Source: an uncultured Myxococcales bacterium
GTDB lineage: Bacteria > Myxococcota_A > Polyangia > Polyangiales > Houyiibacteriaceae
DNA length: 61,330 nucleotides
Reading direction: 5' to 3'
Assembly (NCBI GenBank): GCA_937893795.1
Contig: CALCTH010000409.1
Coordinates: 1-61,330 of the forward strand
A model generated the notes under the pieces. That model did no database searches and was not told the origin of the DNA. It saw only the letters and a list, made by a program, of their open reading frames with translations. A program made the translations under genes and the position numbers. This document shows positions 43,459 through 52,568 of this stretch, piece by piece. Every line of letters starts with the position of its first letter. The stretch's first letter is position 1.

Positions 43459-43970
43459 TGCGCGAGGTCGACGAGCCGGCAGTGGTGCACGAGGTGGTGA
43501 TCGAGGCCCCCATCGATCGGGTGTGGGCCGAGGTCACGAAGACCCACGAGGTGCAGAAGGCCATGTTCGACATGCGCATGGACGCGCGCCTCGAGGTCGG
43601 GGCGCCCTTTCGGATGCGCAGCCGCGACGGCAAGTACACGGGCGTGGTGGGCGAGATCCTGGAGGTGGACCCGCCGCACCGGCTCGCCTTCACCTTCAAG
43701 TTCACGCTGCACGATGACCCCGCGTGCCGCGTGACCTACGAGCTCGAAGAAGCGGAGGGCGGGACGCGTTTCCGGATGACCTCCGACCGGCTCCCGCTCG
43801 GCACCAAGACCGCCAAGCAGATGACCCAGGGCGGGCAGCTCATCGTCGACACGCTCAAAGCGGTCTGCGAGACGGGCCGGCCGTCCTTCAAGGTGCGGAC
43901 GCTCTACGCCATCTTCGCTCTGACGGCGCCCTTCACGCCGAAGCGCTGTCTGTCGACGAACTGGCCCTGA
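43455..43970 (+). CDS. SRPBCC/AHSA1 (Aha1-like) ligand-binding fold protein
   Basis: 'VVIEAPIDRVWAEVT...G..FRMRSRDGKY.GVVGEILEVDPPHRLAFTF' is a typical AHSA1/SRPBCC pattern. The start overlaps the ArsR stop. The ArsR + SRPBCC pairing is common. Confidence 0.75.
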   Translation: MMREVDEPAVVHEVVIEAPIDRVWAEVTKTHEVQKAMFDMRMDARLEVGAPFRMRSRDGKYTGVVGEILEVDPPHRLAFTFKFTLHDDPACRVTYELEEAEGGTRFRMTSDRLPLGTKTAKQMTQGGQLIVDTLKAVCETGRPSFKVRTLYAIFALTAPFTPKRCLSTNWP

Positions 43971-44008
43971 ATGGGGACGTTTGCCCTCGGGGCCGCTATC
44001 CTCGGGTC

Positions 44009-45400
44009 GTGCCAACCCTCGAGGAGGTCGACGCGCTGCGGGGCGAGGACCGTGCGGCCGCGCTCCGCGCGTACGCGGACGTCCAGGAGCAGATCGGCAC
44101 CGAGGATCGCGAGCGCATCCTCTGGATCGCGGACCAGTCGGCGCCGGGGCCACCCGCGGAGCTCGACCCGCTCTTCGAGCGTGTGCTCGCCCGGGCAGGT
44201 GACCCCGAGCTGATCCGCGCCGCGCACCACGCGCGGGCGCTCATCGCCTGGTTCGAGGGCCGCGCCGAGGCGGCGGAGGCCGGCTGGGCTGCGGCCATGC
44301 AGCTGACGGCCTCGGGTCGCGACCGCTCGTGGATTCGCTCCTGTTTGAACCTCGGCATGGCGCTCCTGGCCCGCGGTTGCCTCTTCGAGCCGGTCGTGCT
44401 CACGGGCATGGGCGCCCGGGCGGCGGCGAGGGCGAAGCAGCCCTACCTCGAGGCCTACGCGGCCTTCGTGCGCGCGGCGCTGCTCCTGGGCATCGACGAC
44501 CTGCCGCGCGCCGAAAGCGAGGCAGCCCGGGCGCGGCTCGCCGCGGCGAAGGTGGACGACCCCGGCGAGCTCCGCGTCCTCGAGTACCTGCGCTTCGACC
44601 TCGGCGTCGGACAGCTCCGCGCTCGCCGCGAGCTCCGAGCGGCCCTGGCGGAGCTCGAGCGCCAGCGCGCGTGGCTCGACGCCTATGGCGAGGCGGAGCC
44701 CGTGGTGCTCGCCGAGGTCGAGGGCCGGCAGCTCGCGGTCCGCTACGAGCTCGAGCCCGAGTCACGGGCGGCGATCGTCGATACGCTTCAGCGGCTCCCC
44801 GAGACCTACGCGCTCGGGCCGGCGTGGGCCGGAGACGGGCGTCGTGACGCCTGGGCGCTGGCCATCCGCCATGCGGTGGAGAGCGGCGACGCCTGCGCCG
44901 CGGGGCGCGAGGCGCGAGCCCTGATGGACGACCTTCGCTCCGAGGCGAGAGCGTCCCGGCGTGTGCGGCGCGCCATGGGCCTCGGCCAGCTCTTGGCCGG
45001 CCTCGGTCCCCAGGCCGACGAGCTCGCGCACGAGGCGCTCGCGCTCGCCTCGGAGGCCTGTCTCGCGCGCATTCAGGCCGCCGAACGTGCGACGCACGAC
45101 ATCCCCGCGCTCGCCGAGGCGACGCCGGACGACTGGCAGATCCTCGCCGACTTCCGTCGCCGGCTCCGGGATGAGCAGGCCGCCGTGCTCGCCACGGTGG
45201 CCGAGGTGCTTCAGCCCGGCGCGCCGGCCTTCGAGCTCCTGGTGCGCGACGACATGATCTGCATCTGCGCGTGGTGCTCGCGCGTGCGCACGGCATCGGA
45301 TGCGTGGCTGCCCGTCGCCCACTTCGTCCCGGCGACGGGCGCCATCGCGGTCACGCACGGCATGTGCGAGGCCTGCATGGAGACCCACTTCGCGAAGTGA
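44009..45400 (+). CDS. Helical-repeat (TPR-like) protein with a C-terminal CxxC...HGxCxxC module
   Basis: This is the in-frame tail of ORF 43724..45400. The start is uncertain (GTG 44009 is the first plausible start after the SRPBCC stop). The C-terminus reads 'ICICAWCSRVRTASDAWLPVAHFVPATGAIAVTHGMCEACMETHF'. Confidence 0.5.
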   Translation: MPTLEEVDALRGEDRAAALRAYADVQEQIGTEDRERILWIADQSAPGPPAELDPLFERVLARAGDPELIRAAHHARALIAWFEGRAEAAEAGWAAAMQLTASGRDRSWIRSCLNLGMALLARGCLFEPVVLTGMGARAAARAKQPYLEAYAAFVRAALLLGIDDLPRAESEAARARLAAAKVDDPGELRVLEYLRFDLGVGQLRARRELRAALAELERQRAWLDAYGEAEPVVLAEVEGRQLAVRYELEPESRAAIVDTLQRLPETYALGPAWAGDGRRDAWALAIRHAVESGDACAAGREARALMDDLRSEARASRRVRRAMGLGQLLAGLGPQADELAHEALALASEACLARIQAAERATHDIPALAEATPDDWQILADFRRRLRDEQAAVLATVAEVLQPGAPAFELLVRDDMICICAWCSRVRTASDAWLPVAHFVPATGAIAVTHGMCEACMETHFAK

Positions 45401-45416
45401 TGGCGGGTCTCCGCCA
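45401..45416. terminator. Short hairpin (TGGCGG-GTCT-CCGCCA) filling the 18-nt gap between convergent stops
   Basis: Read directly. 6-bp stem, 4-nt loop, no U-tract. Confidence 0.35.
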
Positions 45417-45418
45417 GC

Positions 45419-45961
45419 TCAGCTGGCCTTCTTGTACTGCTCGGCCTTGAACTCGATCTTCACGGCGTTGCCGTCGAGGCTCACCTCGACCTCTTCGCCG
45501 TAGTACTGGCCGATGCCCTTCGCGAGGCCGGGCATGAGTGCCACGAGGCCGCGCGACGAGTCGTAGTTCATGACCAGGCGCGCCGGGTCCGAGTCGTCGT
45601 AGGTGAAGCGCGGCGGGCGCGCGTTCGCCATCGTCGACGTGATGGTGACGTGGATGCCGTCGAGGCTGAGCAGGAACTCCCGCGCGTTCGACGCCTTCTG
45701 GAAGTAGGAGTCGTAGATGGACGGCGCGTAGGTCGTCGACCAGTGGATGCCGAAGGCCTCCATGGCGGCCTCGGCGCTGATGCCGAGCACCTCGGCCGTC
45801 GTGCCGATCATCTTGACGGCGTCGCCGTCCGGGACGTCCTCGGAGGACGCGAACTCACGGTCGGCGTCGTGGCCGGCCTTCGTGAGGATCTCCTCCCACT
45901 TCTCGTCGCCGTGGTTGTCGCGTACCAGCTCTTCGAGGCAACGGACGATCGTACCCTTCAT
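45419..45961 (-). CDS. Stand-alone H-NOX (haem-nitric oxide/oxygen binding) domain protein
   Basis: The start is trimmed to ATG 45961 (180 aa). 'MKGTIV' N-terminus, proximal His in '[10 protein letters not shown]' (H104), 'ARPPRF', and the Y-x-S-x-R clamp 'YDSSR' (Y133/S135/R137). It aligns nearly gaplessly with the Tt H-NOX sequence as I remember it. Confidence 0.8.
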   Translation of the reverse strand: MKGTIVRCLEELVRDNHGDEKWEEILTKAGHDADREFASSEDVPDGDAVKMIGTTAEVLGISAEAAMEAFGIHWSTTYAPSIYDSYFQKASNAREFLLSLDGIHVTITSTMANARPPRFTYDDSDPARLVMNYDSSRGLVALMPGLAKGIGQYYGEEVEVSLDGNAVKIEFKAEQYKKAS

Positions 45962-46142
45962 GTCGTGCTCACCCTTCTCCCCGGCGGGTTGTTCGACGCC
46001 GCGGTGGGCAGGCGAAACGTCTAGGGCGCGGAAGCCTGAATCCCCGCGAGGAAACGACGGCCGGGCGTCCGAAGGGGCATTCATCGGAGGCCCCAGCCGT
46101 CGTTCCAGCCACCCGGGGGCGGGTGCTTGGGAAAGGGTCACC

Positions 46143-47618
46143 GTGAGCGAGGCAAACGTCAGCGCAGAAGGCACTGCACCGAACGGGCAGAGCGACCATC
46201 ATGAGGATCGGCGCGTGGCCGAGCTCGAGGCCCGCGTGGCCGAGCTCGAGACCCGCGCCCTCGACGCCGAGTGGGAGCACGGGCTTCTCCGGGCGCAGAT
46301 TCGGGGCTCGCACGTGCCCATGGCGCGCTTTGGTGAGGACCGCCATTTCCTCGAGGCCAACCCTGGCTTCGAAGCCCTCGTCGAGCGGCTCGAGCTGCTC
46401 CCCGCGGGCGCAGAGCTCGTCGGCCAGAGCGCCGCGATTCTGAACGGCGCGACGCACGACTGGCCGGCCGTTCTGGGGGACCACGCTCAGCTGCCGGCCA
46501 AGGCCACGCTCGTCTTCGGGACGTCGACGCTCGAGGCGGTGTGGGACGCCATCCGCTGCAAGCGCGGCAACGTCGTCGGCTACCAGTGCGGCTGTGAAGC
46601 CGTCTCGCAGCGCGTGCATCTCGAGGCCGAGCGCATGGCCCAGCGCGAGCGTGACCGCGACAAGCAGAAGAAGGACCAGCGCCGGGCGCGCGCCATTCGC
46701 CGCGCGGTCGAGGCCGCGCGAAAGGGCGACCTCACCGTGGAGGTCCCCGTGAAGGGCGAGGACGTGCTCGCTGAGCTGGCGAAGGACGTGGGCGGGCTCG
46801 TCGAGGACTTCCGCGCGTCGGTGATGCAGATCGGCGAAGGCTCCAAGAGCCTGGCCGCCCAGAGCGGTGAGCTCTCGTCGGTGAGCACGAATCTCGCCTC
46901 GAACGCCTCGGCGACCACCGAGCAGGCCGTCGTGGTCAGCGCGTCGGCGGACCAGGTGTCCAGCTCGGTACAGACCGTCGCCGCGGGCATCGAAGAGATG
47001 AGCGCGTCGGTGAAGGAGATCGCGAAGAACGCTCAAGACGCCGCCTCCGTGGCGACGGAGGGCGTCGAGGTCGCGCGCTCCACCAACGCGGCCGTGGCCA
47101 AGCTCGGGGAGAGCTCCGCCGAGATCGGCAAGGTGGTGAAGGTGATCACCTCCATCGCCCAGCAGACGAATCTCCTCGCGCTCACCGCGACCATCGAGGC
47201 CGCGCGCGCCGGAGCGGCGGGCAAGGGCTTCGCCGTCGTCGCCTCCGAGGACAAGGAGCTGGCCAAGGAGACGGCCAAGGCGACCGAGGACATCTCACAG
47301 AAGATCGAGGCGATTCAGGGCGACACGACGAGCGCCGTCGACGCCATCGATCGCATCAGCCGCATCATCGGTCAGGTGAACGAGATCCAGGGCACCATCG
47401 CCATGTCCGTCGACGAGCAGCGCTCCACGACGAACGAGATCAGCCGCTCGCTGAACGAAGCCGTCACGAGCACGCGCGACATCGCCGACAACATCAGCGG
47501 CGTGGCCGAGGCCGCGCGCGGCACGAAGGACGGCGCCGGCAAGACGCGCTCCACGGCCGAGAGCTTCGCGGACCTCGCGCAGGAGCTCGACACGCTCATC
47601 GCGCGCTTCACCGTGTGA
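46143..47618 (+). CDS. Soluble methyl-accepting chemotaxis protein (no TM segments; coiled coil + PAS-like N-terminus)
   Basis: GTG 46143 is the first plausible start after the divergent H-NOX gene (alternative ATG about 46320). The MA domain has the tip '[37 protein letters not shown]'. No hydrophobic helix occurs anywhere in the protein. Confidence 0.85.
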   Translation: MSEANVSAEGTAPNGQSDHHEDRRVAELEARVAELETRALDAEWEHGLLRAQIRGSHVPMARFGEDRHFLEANPGFEALVERLELLPAGAELVGQSAAILNGATHDWPAVLGDHAQLPAKATLVFGTSTLEAVWDAIRCKRGNVVGYQCGCEAVSQRVHLEAERMAQRERDRDKQKKDQRRARAIRRAVEAARKGDLTVEVPVKGEDVLAELAKDVGGLVEDFRASVMQIGEGSKSLAAQSGELSSVSTNLASNASATTEQAVVVSASADQVSSSVQTVAAGIEEMSASVKEIAKNAQDAASVATEGVEVARSTNAAVAKLGESSAEIGKVVKVITSIAQQTNLLALTATIEAARAGAAGKGFAVVASEDKELAKETAKATEDISQKIEAIQGDTTSAVDAIDRISRIIGQVNEIQGTIAMSVDEQRSTTNEISRSLNEAVTSTRDIADNISGVAEAARGTKDGAGKTRSTAESFADLAQELDTLIARFTV

Positions 47619-47630
47619 GGCCGCCGAGCC

Positions 47631-50231
47631 TCAGCGGCTGATCATCACGCGCTCGAGCGTCACGCGGTCGATGGCCTGAATGCCCGTGGGGTTCCGGTTC
47701 ACGACCAGAGCCACGTCCCCGCCGGGGAGCATGGCCACGTCGAAGGGCGTCGTGACGATCGGGCCGCGACCGATGGTGTCGCCGGCCACCACGCGGCGAA
47801 CCCGGGTCTCCCGGTCGACGGCCACGACGCCCTGGCGTGCCGCGAGCCAGATCTCGTTCGCGTCGGCGTCGAGGCCTTGGAAGCTGCCGAGGCGCGTGCC
47901 ACCTCCGTCGCTCACGTCCACGCGGTCACCGTCGTCCGGGGCCACGGTAAGCGCCGACTGGGCGTCGCCGAGGACCACCTCGGTGCCCGACCAGGCGAGG
48001 CCTCCGGGTAGGAAGCCGAAGGGAAGCGGCCCCTCGCCGCGGCTCGCGGTGCTGCCGTCATCGAGGCGTCCGGCCGCCACGTCCCACACCCGGACGATGG
48101 AGGGTCGGTGCGCGATTATGAGGCGCCGTCCGACGGTGTCCACGTCGATGCCGACGTGCGCGAAGACGGTGACCACGGGGGGTGGAATGTCGATGCGTCC
48201 GATGTCGCCACCGGGCGTGTCCGGGTCCAGCACCGCCACCTGCCCGCCGAGGTCGCGCACGTAGAGCTCGCCGCCGACGGGGTCGTAGGCGAGGCCCACG
48301 GGCTCGCCGAGCTCCTCGGACCGGCTGATCTCCCGGCGATCCCCGTTGGCGAGGTCGACCTCGAAGACGGCGTCGAGCGCGTCGTCCGCGCCGAAGAGCC
48401 GGTCGCCGCCGAGGGCGAGGGCGGTCGGCGCCTCGAAGGCGGGGCCGTCGCCGAAGCTCGCCAGGAAGACGGGGATCGCCTCGCCGCCCGTCCGCGGCTG
48501 CCGCCAGATGGTCTCGGTCACGGTCGTACCGATGAAGACGAGCTCGCCCGCCGCCTCGTCGATGTCGAAGGCGCGGATGAAGCCGAACTCCAGGCCAACC
48601 TCCAGGCGGGTCCGGTCGCCCGTCACGAGGTCGACGACCACCCCGGTGCTGCCGCCGCCCTCGGCGACGACGAGCTCGTTCGCGGACACGTCCCCGCTCA
48701 GGGACAGGGGGGAGCCCAGCGCGGGTGCCGTGCCGCGGGAAGAGGCGCACAGCGGGTCGAAGACGCCGGTGGGGGGGTCCAGGGTACGAAGGGAGCGTGT
48801 CGTGAAGTCGTAGAAGACGAGAAGGGCCTGCGTCGGGTCCCAGGTGAAGAGGCCGATGTTGACGAGGCCCTCGACCACGGTGCGGTCGCCCGTGATCAGG
48901 TCGACGGCCAACATGCGCTGGCTGAACCCGTTGAAGGTCCCGATGAAGGCGGTGCGTTCTCCGTCGAGCGCGATGCGTCGGATGCCCGAGATGGGCGGCC
49001 CCGAGCCGCGCGTGGGACCGCTGATCTCCTCGCGCACGCCGGTCGTGGGGTCGACGCGGATCAGCTGGCCCCCGCGGAGCGAGCCGATGAGCAGGGCGTC
49101 CTCGTCGGCCTCCCAGGCGAGGGCGAAGGGCTCGAAGACGCGTGGCCCCGGCCCGCTCGGCAGCGCGCGCGTGCGCCCCGTGGCGAGGTCGACGACCTGC
49201 ACGATGCCGCTCGTGCTGTCGGCGACGAAGGCCACGTCGTCCACCGGGTCGACGACGATGTCCGAGGCGGTGAGGCTCGGGATCGTGGTGCGGCGGACCT
49301 CCACGGAGGGGCCCGTCGTAAGCGCCCCGTCGATGGTCTCAGCCACCGCCTCGAGGCGCGTGGTCTCGCCGTCGGGGCCCAGCGGCACGAGCGCCGACCA
49401 GGTGGCGAAGCCGTCGTCGCTCGTCGCCTCCACGCCCGCCACGCGCACCGCGACGACGTCGTCCGGGCTCTCCGTGGTGCCGCGCACCGTCAGCGTCGGC
49501 TCGTTGGTCTGCGAGCTCGGCGGCGGGAACACGATGGCGAGGTTCACCTCGCCCGGGTTCCGGTAGCTCAGCCCTTCGCTGCACTCGCTGACGTTGCCGG
49601 CCAGGTCCGTGGCGCGCGCGCTCACGGTGGACGTCACGTCCGGGGGCAGCTCGACCTCGATGCGGAAGGTGCCGTCGGCCTCGGCGACGCCTTCGGCCAG
49701 CGGCTCCTCGCAGTCCTCGCCGAGGAAGATCGTGATGCGCGCGCCGGCTTCGGTCGCTCCGAGCACGTCGGGCCGCGGCTCCTCGGCCGGTGACACCGGG
49801 TCGGTCCCCGTGAGCTGGGGCGGGTCCGGCGCCGTGCTGTCCTCCACGTAGGTGGCGGAGGTCGTGCTGCAGGGGCTCGCGTCCTCCCCGGGGAGCGTGG
49901 CGCGCGCCCAGAAGGTCGTCGTGGAGTCGTCGGGGACGCCGACGGGGATCTCGAGCTCGCCGCTCTCCGACACCCCGGTCCCGACGGGGTCGTCACTGCA
50001 ATCCGGAGCGCGATGAATCGTGACCGTGGCCGCCGGCTCGGCCCGAACCAGCACGAGCGGGAGGTTCTCGTTCGCTGGGCTCTCGGGCCGCGTCCCTTCG
50101 ACGGTGGGCTCGGGCGTGACGCCCACCCCACCGTCCGCGATGGGTCCGACGTCACCGCCGGCAATCACCACCCGCTGACACCCGGCGGCGAACATCGCCA
50201 CCAGGACCCCGGCTACCGCCGCGTTCCGCAT
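47631..50231 (-). CDS. Large lipoprotein: N-terminal Ig-like modules followed by a beta-propeller-like region
   Basis: Lipobox 'MFAAGCQ'. Repeated about 95-aa modules ('ATVTIHRAPDCSDDPVG...GELEIPV', 'ARITIFLGEDCEEPLAE...GTFRIEVEL'). The long C-terminal region has recurring 'D..TG.R' / 'G..P.G(L/I)A.D' strand patterns reminiscent of NHL/YVTN propellers. The domain call is tentative. Confidence 0.65.
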   Translation of the reverse strand: MRNAAVAGVLVAMFAAGCQRVVIAGGDVGPIADGGVGVTPEPTVEGTRPESPANENLPLVLVRAEPAATVTIHRAPDCSDDPVGTGVSESGELEIPVGVPDDSTTTFWARATLPGEDASPCSTTSATYVEDSTAPDPPQLTGTDPVSPAEEPRPDVLGATEAGARITIFLGEDCEEPLAEGVAEADGTFRIEVELPPDVTSTVSARATDLAGNVSECSEGLSYRNPGEVNLAIVFPPPSSQTNEPTLTVRGTTESPDDVVAVRVAGVEATSDDGFATWSALVPLGPDGETTRLEAVAETIDGALTTGPSVEVRRTTIPSLTASDIVVDPVDDVAFVADSTSGIVQVVDLATGRTRALPSGPGPRVFEPFALAWEADEDALLIGSLRGGQLIRVDPTTGVREEISGPTRGSGPPISGIRRIALDGERTAFIGTFNGFSQRMLAVDLITGDRTVVEGLVNIGLFTWDPTQALLVFYDFTTRSLRTLDPPTGVFDPLCASSRGTAPALGSPLSLSGDVSANELVVAEGGGSTGVVVDLVTGDRTRLEVGLEFGFIRAFDIDEAAGELVFIGTTVTETIWRQPRTGGEAIPVFLASFGDGPAFEAPTALALGGDRLFGADDALDAVFEVDLANGDRREISRSEELGEPVGLAYDPVGGELYVRDLGGQVAVLDPDTPGGDIGRIDIPPPVVTVFAHVGIDVDTVGRRLIIAHRPSIVRVWDVAAGRLDDGSTASRGEGPLPFGFLPGGLAWSGTEVVLGDAQSALTVAPDDGDRVDVSDGGGTRLGSFQGLDADANEIWLAARQGVVAVDRETRVRRVVAGDTIGRGPIVTTPFDVAMLPGGDVALVVNRNPTGIQAIDRVTLERVMISR

Positions 50232-50296
50232 GAGCTACCTCGTGGTCCACGAGTACCACGGAGGACACGGCGCGATCACCGGGGTCCGGCGTCGAG

Positions 50297-52345
50297 CTAC
50301 TCGGCGGGCGCGACGGTGACGCGGATGATGTTGCCGGTGGCCGGGTACGCCCAGACGCCGTCCGGGACCTGGCGCACGAGGCCGTTGCCTTCCGCCTCGC
50401 CCATGTTCGGGCCGCCCTGGCCGCCCGGTCCACCGAAGAAGGGCGGGCGCGCCTGCATGGAGCCGGCGGCACCGGCCTGGTTCTGCTCCGTGCCCGCGTC
50501 CCATACGGCGAGCGCGCCAGCGATGTCGGCGTTGATGTCCTCGACGGAGCGCAGGCTGCCCTCGTCGTCGAGGAGCGCGATGCCGTCGCGGCCAAACGCG
50601 AGGAAGAGGTCGTTCGAGGGAATGACCATCGTCGCGAGGCTCAGGAAGCGGCCCTCCATGGTCGGGATCACCGAGAAGGTGTAGCCGTCGCCGGGCTCCG
50701 CCGGACCGGGGCCCTCGGCGGTGTTCGGGACGGCTTCCACGCCGGCCTGGTCGACGGCCGCCGCGCCCTCGAGCTCGGCGACGATCGTGTCGACGGAGCC
50801 GTCCTCGGCGAGCGCCTGGAGGCCGGCCGAGGCGGGCATGCCCGGCGTGAAGAAGTCGATGGCGTCGCTGTGGAGCGCCCAGGCGACGGGCGTGAGGCCG
50901 GGGAAGCCCTCGCCGTTCGACTGCACGCGGATGACGTAGGCGCCCTCGATGTCCTCGACGGTGACGCTGAGCAGACCGGACGTCGCGAGGTCCGCGAGGG
51001 CGTTCGTGGTGCCCGTGGTGCGGTCGTAGAGACGCACCACGCCGCCCTCGTCGGCGCCCGTGTTGGGCGTGCCCTGCCGCGGCGCCTGGTTCGGACCCAC
51101 GCCGGGGATCTCGTCGACCTCGGTGCCGGCGTCGTAGATGCGTAGCAGCGACATCACGTCGGCCTGCACGTCTGCAGCGGCGCGCGGCATGCCGGCGTCG
51201 TCGAGGAGCGCGATGCCGGCGGGCGGCGTCGACCAGAAGGCGTCGTTCGTCTGCACGACCATGGCCGCGAAGCTGATGAGCGGCGCGGCGGCGGTGGGCG
51301 TGACGTCGAAGGAGAGCGAGTCGCCGCCCATGACGGGCCCGCCGGCGCTCGCCGCGTTCGCGCTCACGCCTTCCACCGCGTCGAGCTCGGCGGCCCAGGC
51401 CGCGCCGCCGCCATCCTCGGCGAGGATCTCGAGCCCTGGGGAGGCGGCCGCGTCGAGCGCGAAGAACTGCACGGCGTCGCCGTGGAGCGCGTAGACGATG
51501 TCGGCGAAGGGCGTCAGCAACGTGCCCGAGGTCGGGGCCGTGTTGGTGACCTCGAAGGTGTAGGTGCCGCCGGCCTCGGTGACCTCGACGCCGACGAAGG
51601 CCGCGGGCGTGGGAAGGGCATGCGTCGGGGCCGCGTGCGGGCGAACGACGCCCTCGGCGCCACCGACGTCCATGCCGCTCTGCCGCGGCGCCTGGTTGGG
51701 GCCGGAGCCCGGGGCCTCGTTCGCCTCGGAGCCGACGTCCCAGAGCGAGACGAGGTCCGTCACGTCACGCGCGGGGAGCGCGTTCCCGTCGCCGTCGAAG
51801 AGGGGGATGCCGGCCTCGTCCGGCGAGAGGAAGACGTCGTTCGACTGCACGAACATCGTCGCGAAATGCAGCGCGTCACCGGCCTCGGCCTCGACGGTGG
51901 CCTCGTAGAAGCTGCCCGGGAACGCGGGGCCCGCCTCACCGCCGTTGTCCGGCATGGAGAAGACCACCGCGCCCTCGATGGCGGCGCCGAGCGCGCCAGC
52001 GCTGCCGTCCTCGGCAATGGCGACGAGTCCCTCGCCGCGGTCGACCGCGTCCACGGTGAAGAGCGGCGCGGCTTCGTCGGTGGCCAGGACCACTCCCGGA
52101 GAGACGGGGCCCGGGATCGGCCCCGCGCCGGAGACGTTCTCGATGCGGAGTACGAAGCGCGTCGGCCCGCCCGGGTCCATGTCCTCCGGCAGGTCGGGCT
52201 CCATGTCCGGCATGGCGTCGCCCATGTCCATCGCCATGTCGGGGTCGGTCGTGCCGGTGCCGCCGTCGTCGTCACCGCATCCGCCGAGGACCAGTCCGCT
52301 CAACGCTCCTGCGATGAGCAACCGCTTACGCCATACGTTCGTCAT
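50297..52345 (-). CDS. Lipoprotein with three tandem spondin_N-like modules
   Basis: The start is trimmed to ATG 52345 ('MTNVWRKRLLIAGALSGLVLGGCGDDDGG'). There are three modules of about 190 aa. Each has 'GEGLVAIAEDGS / SPGLEILAEDGG / SAGLQALAEDGS', then 'FATMFVQSNDVF / FAAMVVQTNDAF / LATMVIPSNDLF', then 'WD(V/A)G(S/T)E' motifs. It is a paralogue of 14121..15449. Confidence 0.65.
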   Translation of the reverse strand: MTNVWRKRLLIAGALSGLVLGGCGDDDGGTGTTDPDMAMDMGDAMPDMEPDLPEDMDPGGPTRFVLRIENVSGAGPIPGPVSPGVVLATDEAAPLFTVDAVDRGEGLVAIAEDGSAGALGAAIEGAVVFSMPDNGGEAGPAFPGSFYEATVEAEAGDALHFATMFVQSNDVFLSPDEAGIPLFDGDGNALPARDVTDLVSLWDVGSEANEAPGSGPNQAPRQSGMDVGGAEGVVRPHAAPTHALPTPAAFVGVEVTEAGGTYTFEVTNTAPTSGTLLTPFADIVYALHGDAVQFFALDAAASPGLEILAEDGGGAAWAAELDAVEGVSANAASAGGPVMGGDSLSFDVTPTAAAPLISFAAMVVQTNDAFWSTPPAGIALLDDAGMPRAAADVQADVMSLLRIYDAGTEVDEIPGVGPNQAPRQGTPNTGADEGGVVRLYDRTTGTTNALADLATSGLLSVTVEDIEGAYVIRVQSNGEGFPGLTPVAWALHSDAIDFFTPGMPASAGLQALAEDGSVDTIVAELEGAAAVDQAGVEAVPNTAEGPGPAEPGDGYTFSVIPTMEGRFLSLATMVIPSNDLFLAFGRDGIALLDDEGSLRSVEDINADIAGALAVWDAGTEQNQAGAAGSMQARPPFFGGPGGQGGPNMGEAEGNGLVRQVPDGVWAYPATGNIIRVTVAPAE

Positions 52346-52568
52346 GTGCTCTCTCCCCGTAGCTAAGTGCGTCGCCAACGAGGCGACGGAGGGCTGCGCC
52401 CAATGGGGGAAGCTATGCGGCGTGATCGCGAGCGTTACGTCGGCTCGAACGCTTTTTCTCGTTCGTTCAAACGAAAAGAATGAGCCATTGCCGTGCCCTC
52501 AACGGCTCGAAGTGGCGCGACCATCGACCCGAGTTTCCACTGCCGCGGCGCACCGAACGTTCTCATGC

